The position numbers and the translations under genes are program-made. The notes below the pieces were generated by a model. That model ran no database searches. It saw nothing but the letters and a program-made list of their open reading frames with translations, and was not told the DNA's origin. A DNA stretch of 64,000 bases, from positions 51,662-115,661 of the forward strand of contig JABTVA010000001.1 in assembly GCA_015075075.1 (NCBI GenBank). Direction: 5' to 3'. Of this stretch, positions 30,269 to 40,972 are shown piece by piece (positions within the stretch are counted from its first letter, which is position 1; the number at the start of each line of letters is the position of its first letter). The stretch comes from Deltaproteobacteria bacterium (GTDB lineage Bacteria; Desulfobacterota; GWC2-55-46).

Positions 30269-31375
30269 TCAGACCGAATCGAACGAGTCTATGTCCGACT
30301 GGCGTATTATCTTCTTGAGCTTGTCAAGTGCCTTTACTTCTATCTGGCGCACGCGCTCCCTGGTCACGCCGAACGACTTTCCTATCGCTTCGAGCGTCTG
30401 GGGCTCGTCCTCCTCGAGGCCAAACCTGAGCTTCAAGATCGTCCTTTCGTTCTCATCGAGCATCCCGAGCCAGGAGTTTATCCTGTCGACCCTCCGGGAA
30501 TCGTCGATGACCTCCATCGGGGTCGGGAACCTGTCGTCCTCCAGCCTGTCGAGGAGCGACTGGTCGGTGTCGTCCGGAAAGCTCGCCTCGAGAGAATAGC
30601 TCTTCTTGCTGATGGTGTTGAGCTTCTTGACGTACCTCCCGGAAAGCCCCGTCTTTTCCGAGAGCTCTACGAGGCTCGGCTCCCTTTTAAGCGCCCTCGT
30701 AAGCTCCCTGTTTGCCCGGGTGAGCTTGGATATGTCAGCGGTCACGTGTATAGGGAGCCTCACAATAGAAGACTGGTTGGCTATGGCGCGCTCTATGGCC
30801 TGCTTTATCCAGTAGGTCGCGTAGGTGGAGAACTTGCACCCCTTCGTGGCCTTGAACCGCTCGACGGATTTTATGAGGCCGATATTCCCTTCCTCTATGA
30901 GGTCCTGGAGCGGCAGCCCCCTGTTAAGGTACCTCTTCGCTATGTTGACCACGAGCCGGAGGTTCGCCTCTATCATCTTCCTCCTGGCCTGGGTATCGCC
31001 TTTCGCGATCTTCCTGGCGAGTGTTTTCTCCTCGTCGGATGTCAGGAGCGAGAACTTCTTTATGCCGCTGAAATATACCTTCACCGAATCGGTCGCGGTA
31101 GTTTCCTTTTCCCTGTCCTCTTTCCTGCCGCGCCTTTTCCCGGCAGGCTTGGAGGCCGCTTCGGGCCCGAGGGCCGACTCTTCCTTCATGTAGTCGCGGC
31201 CCGGGACGGCCTTTCCGGCCTCTTCCGCTTTATTCCTCCGGTAGGGGAGGGGCCACTTCTGCTGGGTCCGGGACACAGCCCCTTCCGAGAGTTTTTTCAT
31301 GGGCACGAACGGCTTTTCCTCTCCGTTTCCGCCGAAGCCCACGTATTTCCTGTTCTTGCCTTTGCCTTTGAACAT
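30269..31375 (-). CDS. Sigma-70 family sigma factor, RpoS/RpoD-like, with a basic N-terminal extension of about 110 aa
   Basis: Regions 1.2, 2 ([10 protein letters not shown]), 3 and 4.2 ([19 protein letters not shown]). ATG at 31373-31375 is preceded by AAGGAGGAG. The six-frame track extends the ORF to a TTG at 31402. Confidence 0.85.
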   Translation of the reverse strand: MFKGKGKNRKYVGFGGNGEEKPFVPMKKLSEGAVSRTQQKWPLPYRRNKAEEAGKAVPGRDYMKEESALGPEAASKPAGKRRGRKEDREKETTATDSVKVYFSGIKKFSLLTSDEEKTLARKIAKGDTQARRKMIEANLRLVVNIAKRYLNRGLPLQDLIEEGNIGLIKSVERFKATKGCKFSTYATYWIKQAIERAIANQSSIVRLPIHVTADISKLTRANRELTRALKREPSLVELSEKTGLSGRYVKKLNTISKKSYSLEASFPDDTDQSLLDRLEDDRFPTPMEVIDDSRRVDRINSWLGMLDENERTILKLRFGLEEDEPQTLEAIGKSFGVTRERVRQIEVKALDKLKKIIRQSDIDSFDSV

Positions 31376-31398
31376 TTGCTCCTCCTTGGCGCTGATTT

Positions 31399-32196
31399 TC
31401 AAAGATGTTTTTGAGGAAGGCCCTCTCCCTGGCGGAACCCCTGGGCCTCTGGCCCCGCCCGCCTGGCCGCAGCGTTTACGAGTGAAGATACCGGCACAGG
31501 CTCATCCAGCCTGAGCCCCGATAAAACGGAGCCGTCCGCCTCTGTGGACCACGCCACGACCGCCTTTCTCCCGGTCTCGAACCCGCGGCCTATGCCGAGG
31601 CGAAGCCCGATAACGGCGCCTGCCTCAAGTAGGTCGCTGCCGGGGCATTCCACCTTCACGCCGTGCGTGGAAATGTCGACAGTCCGGGCCGCGAGCTCCG
31701 CGCCGCAGGCCGTGACATGACAGTCCAGGGATATCTCGATCCTCCCCTCGGCCCTCTTGCCTCCGCCGCGCCCCAGGATGCCCAGAAGCGACTTCTCCAT
31801 GAGCTTTTCAACCTTTTCGAGGAACTCTGATATCCGGAAAGGCTTGGGGAGGCAGGGGGGTCCGGCATCCGCGACGCGGCCAAACGCCAAATCGGGGTTG
31901 CCGGTCACGAAAAGGAACTTCTCCCGGAGCCCGGGGCTATTCTCCAGGGCGGCCCTGTAGAACTCCATGCCACCGAGCCCGGGCATGTTCATGTCGGAGA
32001 CGACCAGGTCGTAGCGGAAACCAGAATCCCGGAGCCTCTCAAGGCCCTCGAGCCCGTGCCTTGCGGTGTCCACCTGGTAGCCGGCGACGCGCAGCACCTC
32101 CGAGCAGAGGTCCCGTATGTTCTCGTCGTCGTCGACGACAAGTATCTTCCTCGAGTCGAGCATGCCTGTATCCACGAGCTGAGTTTTCCCGCTCAC
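31399..32196 (-). CDS. Response regulator with a C-terminal PilZ domain (REC-PilZ, putative c-di-GMP-binding)
   Basis: Canonical REC ([19 protein letters not shown]), PilZ RxxxR (KRAEGR) and DxSxxG (DISTHG). Stop is about 23 nt upstream of the sigma start codon. Confidence 0.8.
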   Translation of the reverse strand: MSGKTQLVDTGMLDSRKILVVDDDENIRDLCSEVLRVAGYQVDTARHGLEGLERLRDSGFRYDLVVSDMNMPGLGGMEFYRAALENSPGLREKFLFVTGNPDLAFGRVADAGPPCLPKPFRISEFLEKVEKLMEKSLLGILGRGGGKRAEGRIEISLDCHVTACGAELAARTVDISTHGVKVECPGSDLLEAGAVIGLRLGIGRGFETGRKAVVAWSTEADGSVLSGLRLDEPVPVSSLVNAAARRAGPEAQGFRQGEGLPQKHL

Positions 32197-32553
32197 CCGG
32201 GAGCGCCGGGGTCCGTTATGAAACCTGCAAATCCTGAAGCGTGCTGTCTGGGAGGTCCGGCCTTCAGAGGTATCCTAAGGGAATCCTGAAAGGGCACTCA
32301 CATATGCGCTTGGCCGCTTATCTCAGTGAAGGGGATGTTTTGCAGAAAGCATGCCAAAAGACGGACGCCGGATTTTGCCAATGACATGAGGCGACGAAGA
32401 CTTCCAGCGTACGTGATGGGATGCGACGGTTGTTCAAAGGTTTTGTATCCGATAAAGCGGAATGGCCTGTCAAGGCAAGGGTTTCGTGCAGGTGCAAAAA
32501 AAATCGCAGGAGCAAAAATTGTCTCAGGGGTGCGTGCGGCTATTTCGCTATAG

Positions 32554-32694
32554 GGTGCCTCTAAAAATTCGGAATTTTTTCAGAGGTCAAGGAAGGGCGG
32601 AAATAAAAAGCGCAGCATATATGGGAATATGTGAGCATTTTTATTTCCGCCCTGACACAGAGATCAGGAAAAAATAACTATTTTAGAGGTGGCC
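32554..32694 (+). mobile_element. Family B MITE copy
   Basis: GGGTGCCTCTAAAAAT...core...ATTTTAGAGGTGGCC. Confidence 0.75.
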
Positions 32695-32796
32695 TATAAC
32701 GATTGGGAGGAATGAGATGGATTTACGTCATGCCGGAATGACATGGACTCGGGGATGGGCGGAATGCTTAAAAGATCCCCTGGACTGTCTGATTAA

Positions 32797-33165
32797 TTCG
32801 CAAACGCTGTCATTCTGAGCGAAGCGAAGAATCTCTGGGCCCAGCATAACTATTCAGATAGGTCATGCCACCCAGGATTCATGGATTCGATCAATTCGAT
32901 TTTTCTGGCTCTCATCCACCCTTTTATCTGCTTTTCACGTTCCAGCGCAGAAAGAATATTCTGTTGTCATTGCGAGGAGCCTTGGCTCCGAAGCAATCTC
33001 CAAGTGCTTGATTTTCCAAAAGACAAGATTGCTTCCCGCCACGCTTCGCTCGCGGCTTCGGCTCACACGCTCGCAATGACGAACACATTGAATTAATCAG
33101 AGCTTCCTTAACTCCTGAAAACAGATTCTTCGCTTCGCTCAGAATGACAAGATTTAATTCTTACC
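32797..33165. repeat. Nested family D hairpin elements: an outer element (32797-32835 and 33115-33165) interrupted by an inner complete element (32955-33095)
   Basis: Half-site GTCATTCTGAGCGAAGCGAAGAATCTC at 32803; its partner GATTCTTCGCTTCGCTCAGAATGAC at 33120. Complete GTCATTGCGAGG...CTCGCAATGAC between them. Confidence 0.6.
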
Positions 33166-33194
33166 AAGGGAAGATCTGATTAAATCCCAATGTC

Positions 33195-34610
33195 CTAATG
33201 CTTGCGAGGGTCCTTTCTCTTGAGCCGCTTATTGAGCGCCTGGCGGGTAATCCCAAGGAGGTTCGCGGCTATGCCCTGGTTCCCGTGGGAAAGCTCAAGG
33301 GCCCTGGCTATGAGGACGTCTTCCGATTCCTTCAGGGTGGGGAAGTTCTCGGCGGATACGGGCGGCCCCGGCTTAAGCTCCTTTTGGGGGGCTGCCGCCG
33401 TCCTCTCCCGGCCTATTATGTCCCTGAAGTCTTTCCATTGAAAGCACGCCGCCCTTGTGCCTGGCGTAACCGCGTCGTAGACCATTGCCTTGGAGCCCCG
33501 GACGTTGCCCGGGAAATGATAGGTGGACATGAGGGTGGCGAGCTCGGGCGGCGGGTAGGCTTCTTCTTTTTCATGGCGTCCGCAGCCCTCTGCCAGGAAT
33601 GGTTATGAGCACCGGGATGTCCTCCTGGCGCTCGCGGAGCGGCGGATGTGGACCTGGTGGGCCGGAGCCTGTAGTAGGGTCCTTCCTGAAGCCGCCTTCG
33701 GCAATGAGCCTCAGGAAGTCGTGGTTCGTGGCGACGACTATCCGGACGTCGCCTTCTTGGGGACGTCCGATCCCAGCGGGTAGTATTTCTGTTCCTGCAG
33801 GAGCCGCAGGAGCTTCACCTGGGAGGACTCGTTCGTGTCCCCTATCTCGTCAAGGAAGAGGGTCCCGCCGGCGGCATGGGCTATGAGCCCCTCCCTCGCC
33901 TCGTCCGCCCCGGTATACGCGCCCTTCTTGTGGCCGAAGAGCGTGTCCGAGAACATGGTGTCGTCAAGCCCGGCCACGTTCACGGCAACGAACTCCCCTT
34001 TCCTGCCGCTTATGTCGTGGACCGCCCTTGCGAAGAGCTCCTTACCGACCCCGGTCTCGCCGGTTATGAGGACCGGCTGCTGTGTGGCGGCTATGACCTC
34101 GACGTACTGGAAGATGGCCCGCATCTTCTTGTTTACGGTGATTATGGAGGAGAAGGCTTCCTCGTTCTCGAGGTCGCCCATCAAGAGGCTCCGCTTGAGG
34201 GAAAGGACCTCAATCCGGAGCGAATGGAAATCGAGCGCCCTCCTTACGCTCGCCTCGAACCTGCTCCGCTCCACGGGCTTCACGAGGTAATCGAACGCCC
34301 CGGACTTCATGCATTCAACCGCGGTCTCGATGTCGTTTACGGCCGTGAGTATTATGACCGGGACCATCGGGTGGCTGTTTGCTATCTCATGGAGGAGCCG
34401 GGTCCCGGAGACGTGGGGCATGGAAAGGTCGAGGACGATGGCCGCGACCTCCTGCTTCTCGAGGAGCGGCATCACCTGCCTGCTGTCGTCGACCGTAAGG
34501 ACCTGCTTTATCCCGGCGCTACGGAGCAAGACGCTGTAGCTCTTAAGTATCTGGGCCTCGTCGTCGACAAGGAGGACCGGCAGGGGCATTTTACCGGTTT
34601 TTACCGACAT
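33195..34610 (-). pseudogene. Sigma-54-dependent (NtrC-family) response regulator, frameshifted between the AAA+ and HTH domains
   Basis: REC + AAA+ (GETGVGKE, GAYTGA) in 33738..34610. Fis-type HTH in 33195..33530. Frame is broken near 33540-33740. Confidence 0.7.
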
Positions 34611-34692
34611 TCTCGTTCCTTTCCTTAAGCCCGGGTGCCTGATGCGGGCCGCCCCCGGCGACAAACTATCTTCGCTCCGGGCGGCGCATCCG

Positions 34693-36303
34693 TCAAGGGG
34701 AAAAGACCCTCCCCAGCCTGCATATTATGAACTGGTCGTCTATGGAGCTGAACGTGCGGCACTCCTCTTTAATGGCGTACATGTTGAATTTGCCCGCGGT
34801 ACTCTCTATCTGCAATATGTTCGGGAAAGGCACTATGATGTATGCCGGGCCGCTGTGGTTCCTCAAAACCTCCCTCATCTCCGCCTGGAATTTAGTATCT
34901 TTATACGGTGCGGTAAGATTGCTCTCGACCCTTACGAAACGGACGTCCTCGGGGAAAAAGGGTATTATATACGAATAGGGGCGTATCCCGGCCATGAGCA
35001 CCACCGAGTCCCGCTCGATTTCAGCCGGGGGCCGCTTAAGCCCGAAAAGCGTCTCCGACCAGTCCGTCCTCCCCCAGTCAGGGACCTTGACCGCGGAGAC
35101 AATGGCAATGAAGAGCGCGGCGACGGAGAGGCGAAACCAGGGCCTGCTTTTCACAAGGCAGCTTAAAAGCGCCGCTATCAATACCGGAGACAGCAGTTCC
35201 AGCGGCACAAGATATCTGTAGTACGGGAACCTTATCTGCCATACGACGTAAGAGCCGACAAAAAAGACCGTTAGGAATATATCCTTTCTCCTGCCATCCA
35301 GTCCAGCCAGTTTCTCATTTCTCTTTCTGAAAAAAATATAGACCGTCGCAAGGGCCGAGATGACGATTAATATGTAGGCCGCCGCAAAGCGGATGTCCCT
35401 GAAGTGCAGCTCCAACGCCAGGTTGTTCAGGCGCGCGAAATAGAAGGGATAGAAAAGTGTCTGGACGGCGTCGCGGGGGAAGAAACGCAAGTCGGCAATC
35501 TCGACGGGGTCGAAATACCCGGATTTGAAAAAGGAGTTGAAAAACGGGAAAAAGGGGCTGCCGAATTTTTCCCATAGCTTGAGCATCCAGAAACCCGAGG
35601 ACAACAGCATGCCTGAGAAAATACCGAAGCTCCAGCCGACTCCGTTCATAACCGCATCCTTTAGACCCCTCGACACGACAAGAACGGCCATGAGGGCGCC
35701 CGCCGCGTAGATTAATTGAGTGAGTTTAAGCCCGACTCCGGCCCCCATGACAAGGCCGCTAAAGAAGAGAGATAAAAGGAACGCCCTGCGGCCCGCTTTC
35801 TCAAGGGCCCCGAGCATCAGGAGAACCGACAACAGCACGAGGACGGAAACAAGGCTGTCGTTGAGGGTGGCGCCGAGCTCGGAAAGGAACCCGGCCCCGA
35901 ACGTGCCTGTTGCGGCCGTGAAAAACGAAAGGACTATCCTTTTAAGCCCTTCTTCAAAGGTGAATAGCTTAAGGCCTATGAGGTACAGAAGCCAGAAATT
36001 GACCCCGTGCAGGGCTCCCATCACAAAGCCCGCGTACACCGGCGGAAGGTACAGGAAAGAGATATAGAACGGCAGGTCCGTTAAAGGGTTCAGGTAGGTC
36101 TGGAACTGCGCCGGGCCGTAATCAAAACCGAGACGGCCGTTGAGGAAGGCGTACGGGTTGTAGAAATGGTAGTTCTTCAGGTCCCAGTCTATGACCGGGC
36201 CCAAGGCGACCGACAGGGACCCGAAGAAGATAACGCTTATGAAAAGCACCAGTAAACCCTGGGCCCTGAAAGGAGAAAAATTGTTTTTCCGTTCAGCACT
36301 CAT
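34693..36303 (-). CDS. Polytopic membrane protein, GT-C-fold glycosyltransferase-like (DUF2029 / mannosyltransferase-like)
   Basis: About 11 TM helices. Assignment by architecture only. Confidence 0.55.
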   Translation of the reverse strand: MSAERKNNFSPFRAQGLLVLFISVIFFGSLSVALGPVIDWDLKNYHFYNPYAFLNGRLGFDYGPAQFQTYLNPLTDLPFYISFLYLPPVYAGFVMGALHGVNFWLLYLIGLKLFTFEEGLKRIVLSFFTAATGTFGAGFLSELGATLNDSLVSVLVLLSVLLMLGALEKAGRRAFLLSLFFSGLVMGAGVGLKLTQLIYAAGALMAVLVVSRGLKDAVMNGVGWSFGIFSGMLLSSGFWMLKLWEKFGSPFFPFFNSFFKSGYFDPVEIADLRFFPRDAVQTLFYPFYFARLNNLALELHFRDIRFAAAYILIVISALATVYIFFRKRNEKLAGLDGRRKDIFLTVFFVGSYVVWQIRFPYYRYLVPLELLSPVLIAALLSCLVKSRPWFRLSVAALFIAIVSAVKVPDWGRTDWSETLFGLKRPPAEIERDSVVLMAGIRPYSYIIPFFPEDVRFVRVESNLTAPYKDTKFQAEMREVLRNHSGPAYIIVPFPNILQIESTAGKFNMYAIKEECRTFSSIDDQFIICRLGRVFSP

Positions 36304-37947
36304 CTGATGGGTCCAGACGCATTCCGTTCAGGAAGCCTTGCGAGCCTGCAGAGTATGAACCTGTCCTCGCCCTCCGCGGCCAAGCCCTTTGCCGATGAGA
36401 ACGAGCTGCAGTCATCTTTCCTCGCGTACATGCCGTATTCACCGGTTATTTTTTCTATCTGGAAGACATTTGCGAACGGGACCAGCAGATAGACCGGGCC
36501 TGCGTGCTCATTCAGCAACTCCCGGATTTCCTTCTGGTAAAGGGTGTTCTTATGGGGAGCGGTGAAGTTGCTTTCCACTCTTACGAAACGGATGTCTTCC
36601 GGAAAAAACGGGATCAAGTACGAGTACGGCCTCTGACCGGCCATGATCACCACCGAATTCTTCTCGATATACGCAGGAGGCGTCTCCAATCCGAAATAAG
36701 ACTCAGACCAGTTCGTCCGTCCCCAATCCGGGACCTTGACCATCGAGATGATGCCTATAAGGGCCGCTGCAACGGAGAGATAAAACCAGGGCCTGCTCCT
36801 CACAACGTAGCTCAAGAGCACTACTACCAAGGCCGGGGCAAGGAGCTCGAGCGGTATCAGATACCTGTAATACGGGAACCTTATCTGCCATATCACATAA
36901 GAGCCGACGAAGAAAACGGCCAGAAAGAGGTATTTCGAGCTGTCCCAGCCAGGCCGATTTTCACCGGCCTTTCTGAGATAGCGGTGTGCAAGCATCAAGG
37001 CCGAAAGGACAAGCAGGATATAGACTACCGCAAAGCGGACCTCCCTGAAGTACTGTTCAAGCACCAGATAAAAATTTAACCGGGCGAAATAGAAAGGGAA
37101 GAAAAGGGTCTGGATAACTCCCTCGGGAAAGAACCTGGTGTCAGCGATTTCGACTGGATCGAAATAAGGGGATTTGAAAAAAGCATTGAAGAACGGAAAG
37201 AACGGGCTCTCGAACCTCGTCCAGAGCATGTACATCCAGAAACCCGAGGAGGACAGAACACCGGCGGCGATTCCGAAGGCCCATGCGAACGCGCTCGCAA
37301 CGGATCTCTTCAATCCTCTTGAGACGGCAAGGACGGCCATGAAGGCGCCCGCGGCATAGATCAATTGCGTAAGTATCAGCCCGACCCCGGCCCCGAGGAC
37401 AAGGCCGCTCAGGAAAAAGGATATCAAGACCGTCTTGCGCCCCGTTTTCTCAAAAAGCCCCGAGCATCAAGAGGACCGACCACAATACGAATATCGCGAC
37501 GAGGCTGTCGATGAGGGTGGTGCCGAGTACGGACAGGAACCCGGCGCCGAAGGCGCCGGCAGCGGCAGAGGAGAATGAAAGGGCGCTTCTTTTGAGGCCA
37601 TCCTCAAAGGTAAATAGCTTAAGGCCGATGAGGTACAACAGCCAGAAATTAATTCCGTGCAGGGCGCCCAGCACAAAGCCCACGTAAACCGGCTTAAGGT
37701 ACAGAAAGGAAATATAGAACGGCAGGTCCGACAAGGGGTTCAGGTAGGTCTGGAACTGCGCCGGCCCGTAATCGAACCCGAGACGGCCGTTCAGGAAGGC
37801 GTACGGGTTGTAGAAATGGTAGTTCTTCAGGTCCCAGTCCACGACCTGGCCGAAAACGACGGATAGTGCCCCGAAAAAAAGCAGGCTTGAAAGAAGCACC
37901 AGCAGGCTCTGCGCTCCAGGGGTGCGAGAAGGTTTTTTTTGCCGCAT
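36300..37947 (-). pseudogene. Tandem paralog of the upstream GT-C-like membrane protein, split by a frameshift near 37430-37450
   Basis: 37450..37947 encodes the N-terminal third and 36300..37427 the rest. Both align colinearly with 34693..36303 (e.g. DWDLKNYHFYNPYAFLNGRLGFDYGPAQFQTYLNP identical). Confidence 0.6.
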
Positions 37948-38086
37948 TTTTTAAAGCTCCAAGCGGGACCACAAATGAATTAGGCCGGGATTCGCCGGCC
38001 CGTTACTTTATACATCCTTTCGTGTTAGCGCTTCAATGGGAAATTGGCCGGAGGGGAGGCGCTGACGCATCGCCGGGGCCGGGCTC

Positions 38087-40972
38087 TCAGTTCACCAGTT
38101 TCGAGACGACGCTGCTGAGCTCGTCTATCGTGAAAGGCTTCTTGATGGAAGGCGCGCCCACCTTGGAAAGGAAGGCCTGCGTCTCGGGGTTTATGCTGTC
38201 TCCCGATATGAATATCATCTTCTTCAGGGCCTCCGGCCTCAGGACCTGCACCTCGTTGTAGAACCCCTTGCCGCCGAGCCCCGGCATCTTGATGTCGCTT
38301 ATTATGAGGTCGTAGTCCGAGCCGGACACCTTGATGATGGCGTCCTCGGCGGACGAGCACCTGTCCACCACGAAGCCGAAGCCGGTGAGCGAGTCCATGA
38401 GGAGGTCCAGCACTATGGGCTCGTCGTCAACGACGAGGGCCTTCTTGCCGTCCACCCTTAACTTCTCGGATGCTTCCGTGCCGCCGTAAAAGAGGCCTTC
38501 GGAGTCGTCGCCCACGACCGGCAGCTCCACTATGAAGGTGGTCCCGCTCCTTCTCCGGCTGGACGCGTATATGTTGCCGCCGTGCTCGTGCACTATGCCG
38601 TACGAGATGGAGAGGCCGAGCCCGGTCCCCTTCCCCACCTCCTTTGTGGTAAAGAACGGGTCGAATATCCTGTTCGCTATCTCTTCGGATATGCCCTTGC
38701 CGGAATCCTCGACGCTTACGACTATCTTCCCGTTGCTGTGCCTGCTCGTTATCCTGATGGTGCCGCCGGAGCCGCCCTCCTTTATCGCGTCGCTCGCGTT
38801 GTTTATGAGGTTCAGGAACACCTGCTGTATCTGGTTGGCGTCCAGCATGGTCCCGGGTATCGAGTCGTCAAGGTCGAGGTCGACTTTTATGTTGTCGATC
38901 CTCAGCTGGTATGCCCTGAAATCCAGGCTGTCCCTTATTATGCGGTTTACGTCGCCGTACTTCTTCTCGGGCCTCTTCCACCTGGCGAAGGTGAGAAGGT
39001 TCTCGATTATCTTCTTGCAGCGGTGCGAGGCCTCGTTTATCTTCCGTATCTTGGAGCTTGCGCTCTCGCCGAGCTTGTCCTCGAGGAGGAGCTCGGAGAA
39101 GCACATTATCCCGGTAAGCGGGTTATTGAGCTCGTGCGCGACCCCGGAGACCAGCTCCCCGAGAGACGAAAGCTTGTCCGACTGGAGGAGCTTCTGCGTA
39201 AGGAGCCGTTTTTCCGTAACGTCGTGGACGTAGACGACGGCGCTCCCGGGCTTTTCCCCGTCCAGCACCGGATAGGACTGCCAGACGAAGACCTTGCCGT
39301 CCGGCGTCGTGAACTCCATCTCGGCGGTGGACGAGTGCTCTATCGACTTCCTTACCGGGCAGTTCCTGGCCGGCGGCTCAAGCCCGAACGCGGCGTATAC
39401 GTTCCTGCCGACGGCTGCCCGCTCCGTGAGGCCCGTCATCTCGAGGAAAGACCTGTTCGCCTCGACTATCTTGTAATCGCTCCCGACGAGCAGTATGAAG
39501 TCCCTTATGCCGTCGTAGATGAGCCGGAGCTTGTTCTTGGCCTTCTTGAGCTCCTCCTCTTCCTTGAGTATTATCCTGTTAGCCTTCTGGAGCTCGGTAT
39601 TTTTCCTGTCCAGGTCCTCGTTAAGGAGCTTCAGCTCCTCGTTTATGGCATGGAGCTCCTCGGTCTGGCTCTGTGTTTCCTCGTACGCAATCTCGAGCTC
39701 CTCGTTGGATATCCGGAGCTCTTCGTTCAGGTGGGCAAGCGCGGTGTTCTTCGCCTCTATCTCGGCAAGGTACCTGGCCTTCTCGGCTTCCCTTCCGCCC
39801 GCCTCGTCCGCCATCCTGTTGAATACCTTGGCGAGCACGGCTATCTCGTCCACGGCCTCGGCGTCCTCGACCACTATCCTCACCCCCAGGTCGCCCCTGC
39901 CGTACGCAAGGAGCTTCTCCTTTACCTCCTTGAGGGGCCTCGTTATCCTGTTGGTAGAGACGAAGGCGGCAATGAGCGCGAAGCCGAAGCCTATGAGGGT
40001 TATTACGGCTATGACCAGCTGGTTTTCCCTCTGGATGGACCACAGCCTCTCCTTGGAGATGCCGACGTGCAGGGAGCCGACTATATTGCCCCTCGAGTCC
40101 CTGATCGGCTCGGACATCGATATCAGCGAAAGCCCCCCGACGGTCATCTCGCCGAGGAAAGGCTTGCCGGCCGCAAGCTCCGCATAGGCCGTCCCGTTTA
40201 CGCGCGTGCCGCGCATGTTCCTCCCGTTCTCGTCGGCTATGTTGGTCGATACGCGCACACCCATGGCGGATATGGTGGTGAAGAACCCTGGGAGCTTCCG
40301 GGACACCATGTCGGGTACGAAGCTGTCGTTATTAAGAACATCCCCTGTGATTATGGTTCCGGTTACCGCGCCCCGTCCGTCCAGCACCGGCGTGACCACC
40401 ATAAGCGCCAGCACGCCCGGGGAGTCGCCGGCGGGCGCTTCCGCGTCCGGCGACGCGTTCAGGGCAAGCTCCGGCCCCTCGAGCCTCAAGGCCGCCTTGT
40501 CGAGTAGCTCGGTGGAGGTCCGGGCCTCCCTGCCCTCCACGGCCTGCCTGGTAAGCCCGCCGAGGGGGTAGAGGTCGCCGGTGGACGCGCTGTTGAGCCT
40601 TGCAATGATTCTGCCGTCCGCGTCGGTCACGGCCCAGATGTCCACATAGGGCCTCGACTTCTTCCAGGAGACCATGCTGTCCCTGAGATACCTGGCGTTC
40701 CCGGTGGCGACCGCGTCCTGTATCTCGCGCATTGCCGCGGCCTGGAGCATGCCGTAGCGCATCTGCTCGCCGCGGACGTAATACTCGGTCCACGCCGCCT
40801 TTATGCCCGTGGAGACCTGCTCGACCGCGTGCTCCATGAGCCTCGTGTCAATCACCCTGTAGGAGATATAGGCAAGGAGGAACATCGGGACAAGGACGAC
40901 GGAGAGGAAGACGACCGTGAACTTGAAACCCATAGGCCGTCCGTAGAAGTACTTGAGCGGTCTCATCGGCAT
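38087..40972 (-). CDS. Hybrid sensor histidine kinase: TM-double Cache-TM-HAMP-NEEL coiled coil-PAS-HisKA-HATPase-REC
   Basis: Periplasmic region of about 280 aa, repeated NEEL heptads (NEELRISNEELEIAYEETQSQTEELHAINEELKLLNEDL), H-box HELNNP, C-terminal REC (DLIISDIKMP). Confidence 0.85.
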   Translation of the reverse strand: MPMRPLKYFYGRPMGFKFTVVFLSVVLVPMFLLAYISYRVIDTRLMEHAVEQVSTGIKAAWTEYYVRGEQMRYGMLQAAAMREIQDAVATGNARYLRDSMVSWKKSRPYVDIWAVTDADGRIIARLNSASTGDLYPLGGLTRQAVEGREARTSTELLDKAALRLEGPELALNASPDAEAPAGDSPGVLALMVVTPVLDGRGAVTGTIITGDVLNNDSFVPDMVSRKLPGFFTTISAMGVRVSTNIADENGRNMRGTRVNGTAYAELAAGKPFLGEMTVGGLSLISMSEPIRDSRGNIVGSLHVGISKERLWSIQRENQLVIAVITLIGFGFALIAAFVSTNRITRPLKEVKEKLLAYGRGDLGVRIVVEDAEAVDEIAVLAKVFNRMADEAGGREAEKARYLAEIEAKNTALAHLNEELRISNEELEIAYEETQSQTEELHAINEELKLLNEDLDRKNTELQKANRIILKEEEELKKAKNKLRLIYDGIRDFILLVGSDYKIVEANRSFLEMTGLTERAAVGRNVYAAFGLEPPARNCPVRKSIEHSSTAEMEFTTPDGKVFVWQSYPVLDGEKPGSAVVYVHDVTEKRLLTQKLLQSDKLSSLGELVSGVAHELNNPLTGIMCFSELLLEDKLGESASSKIRKINEASHRCKKIIENLLTFARWKRPEKKYGDVNRIIRDSLDFRAYQLRIDNIKVDLDLDDSIPGTMLDANQIQQVFLNLINNASDAIKEGGSGGTIRITSRHSNGKIVVSVEDSGKGISEEIANRIFDPFFTTKEVGKGTGLGLSISYGIVHEHGGNIYASSRRRSGTTFIVELPVVGDDSEGLFYGGTEASEKLRVDGKKALVVDDEPIVLDLLMDSLTGFGFVVDRCSSAEDAIIKVSGSDYDLIISDIKMPGLGGKGFYNEVQVLRPEALKKMIFISGDSINPETQAFLSKVGAPSIKKPFTIDELSSVVSKLVN

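Noticed and set aside
32326-32553. 75-aa ORF in the long repeat-rich intergenic region upstream of the REC-PilZ gene
   Set aside because: No RBS and no recognisable domains. The region is otherwise composed of repeats, and coding potential is unsupported.
3967-33165. Possibility that the recurring GTCATTGCGAG hairpins or the MITE copies form a CRISPR array
   Set aside because: Units are palindromic, irregularly spaced and kilobases apart. There are no unique spacers and no cas genes.
38582-40507. 641-aa plus-strand ORF, and similar long ORFs at 13317..14393, 24164..25348, 7538..8296 and 53279..54397
   Set aside because: Each lies antisense to a well-supported conserved gene (kinase, valS, EF-G, TPR) and has no motifs. 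Treated as shadow ORFs.
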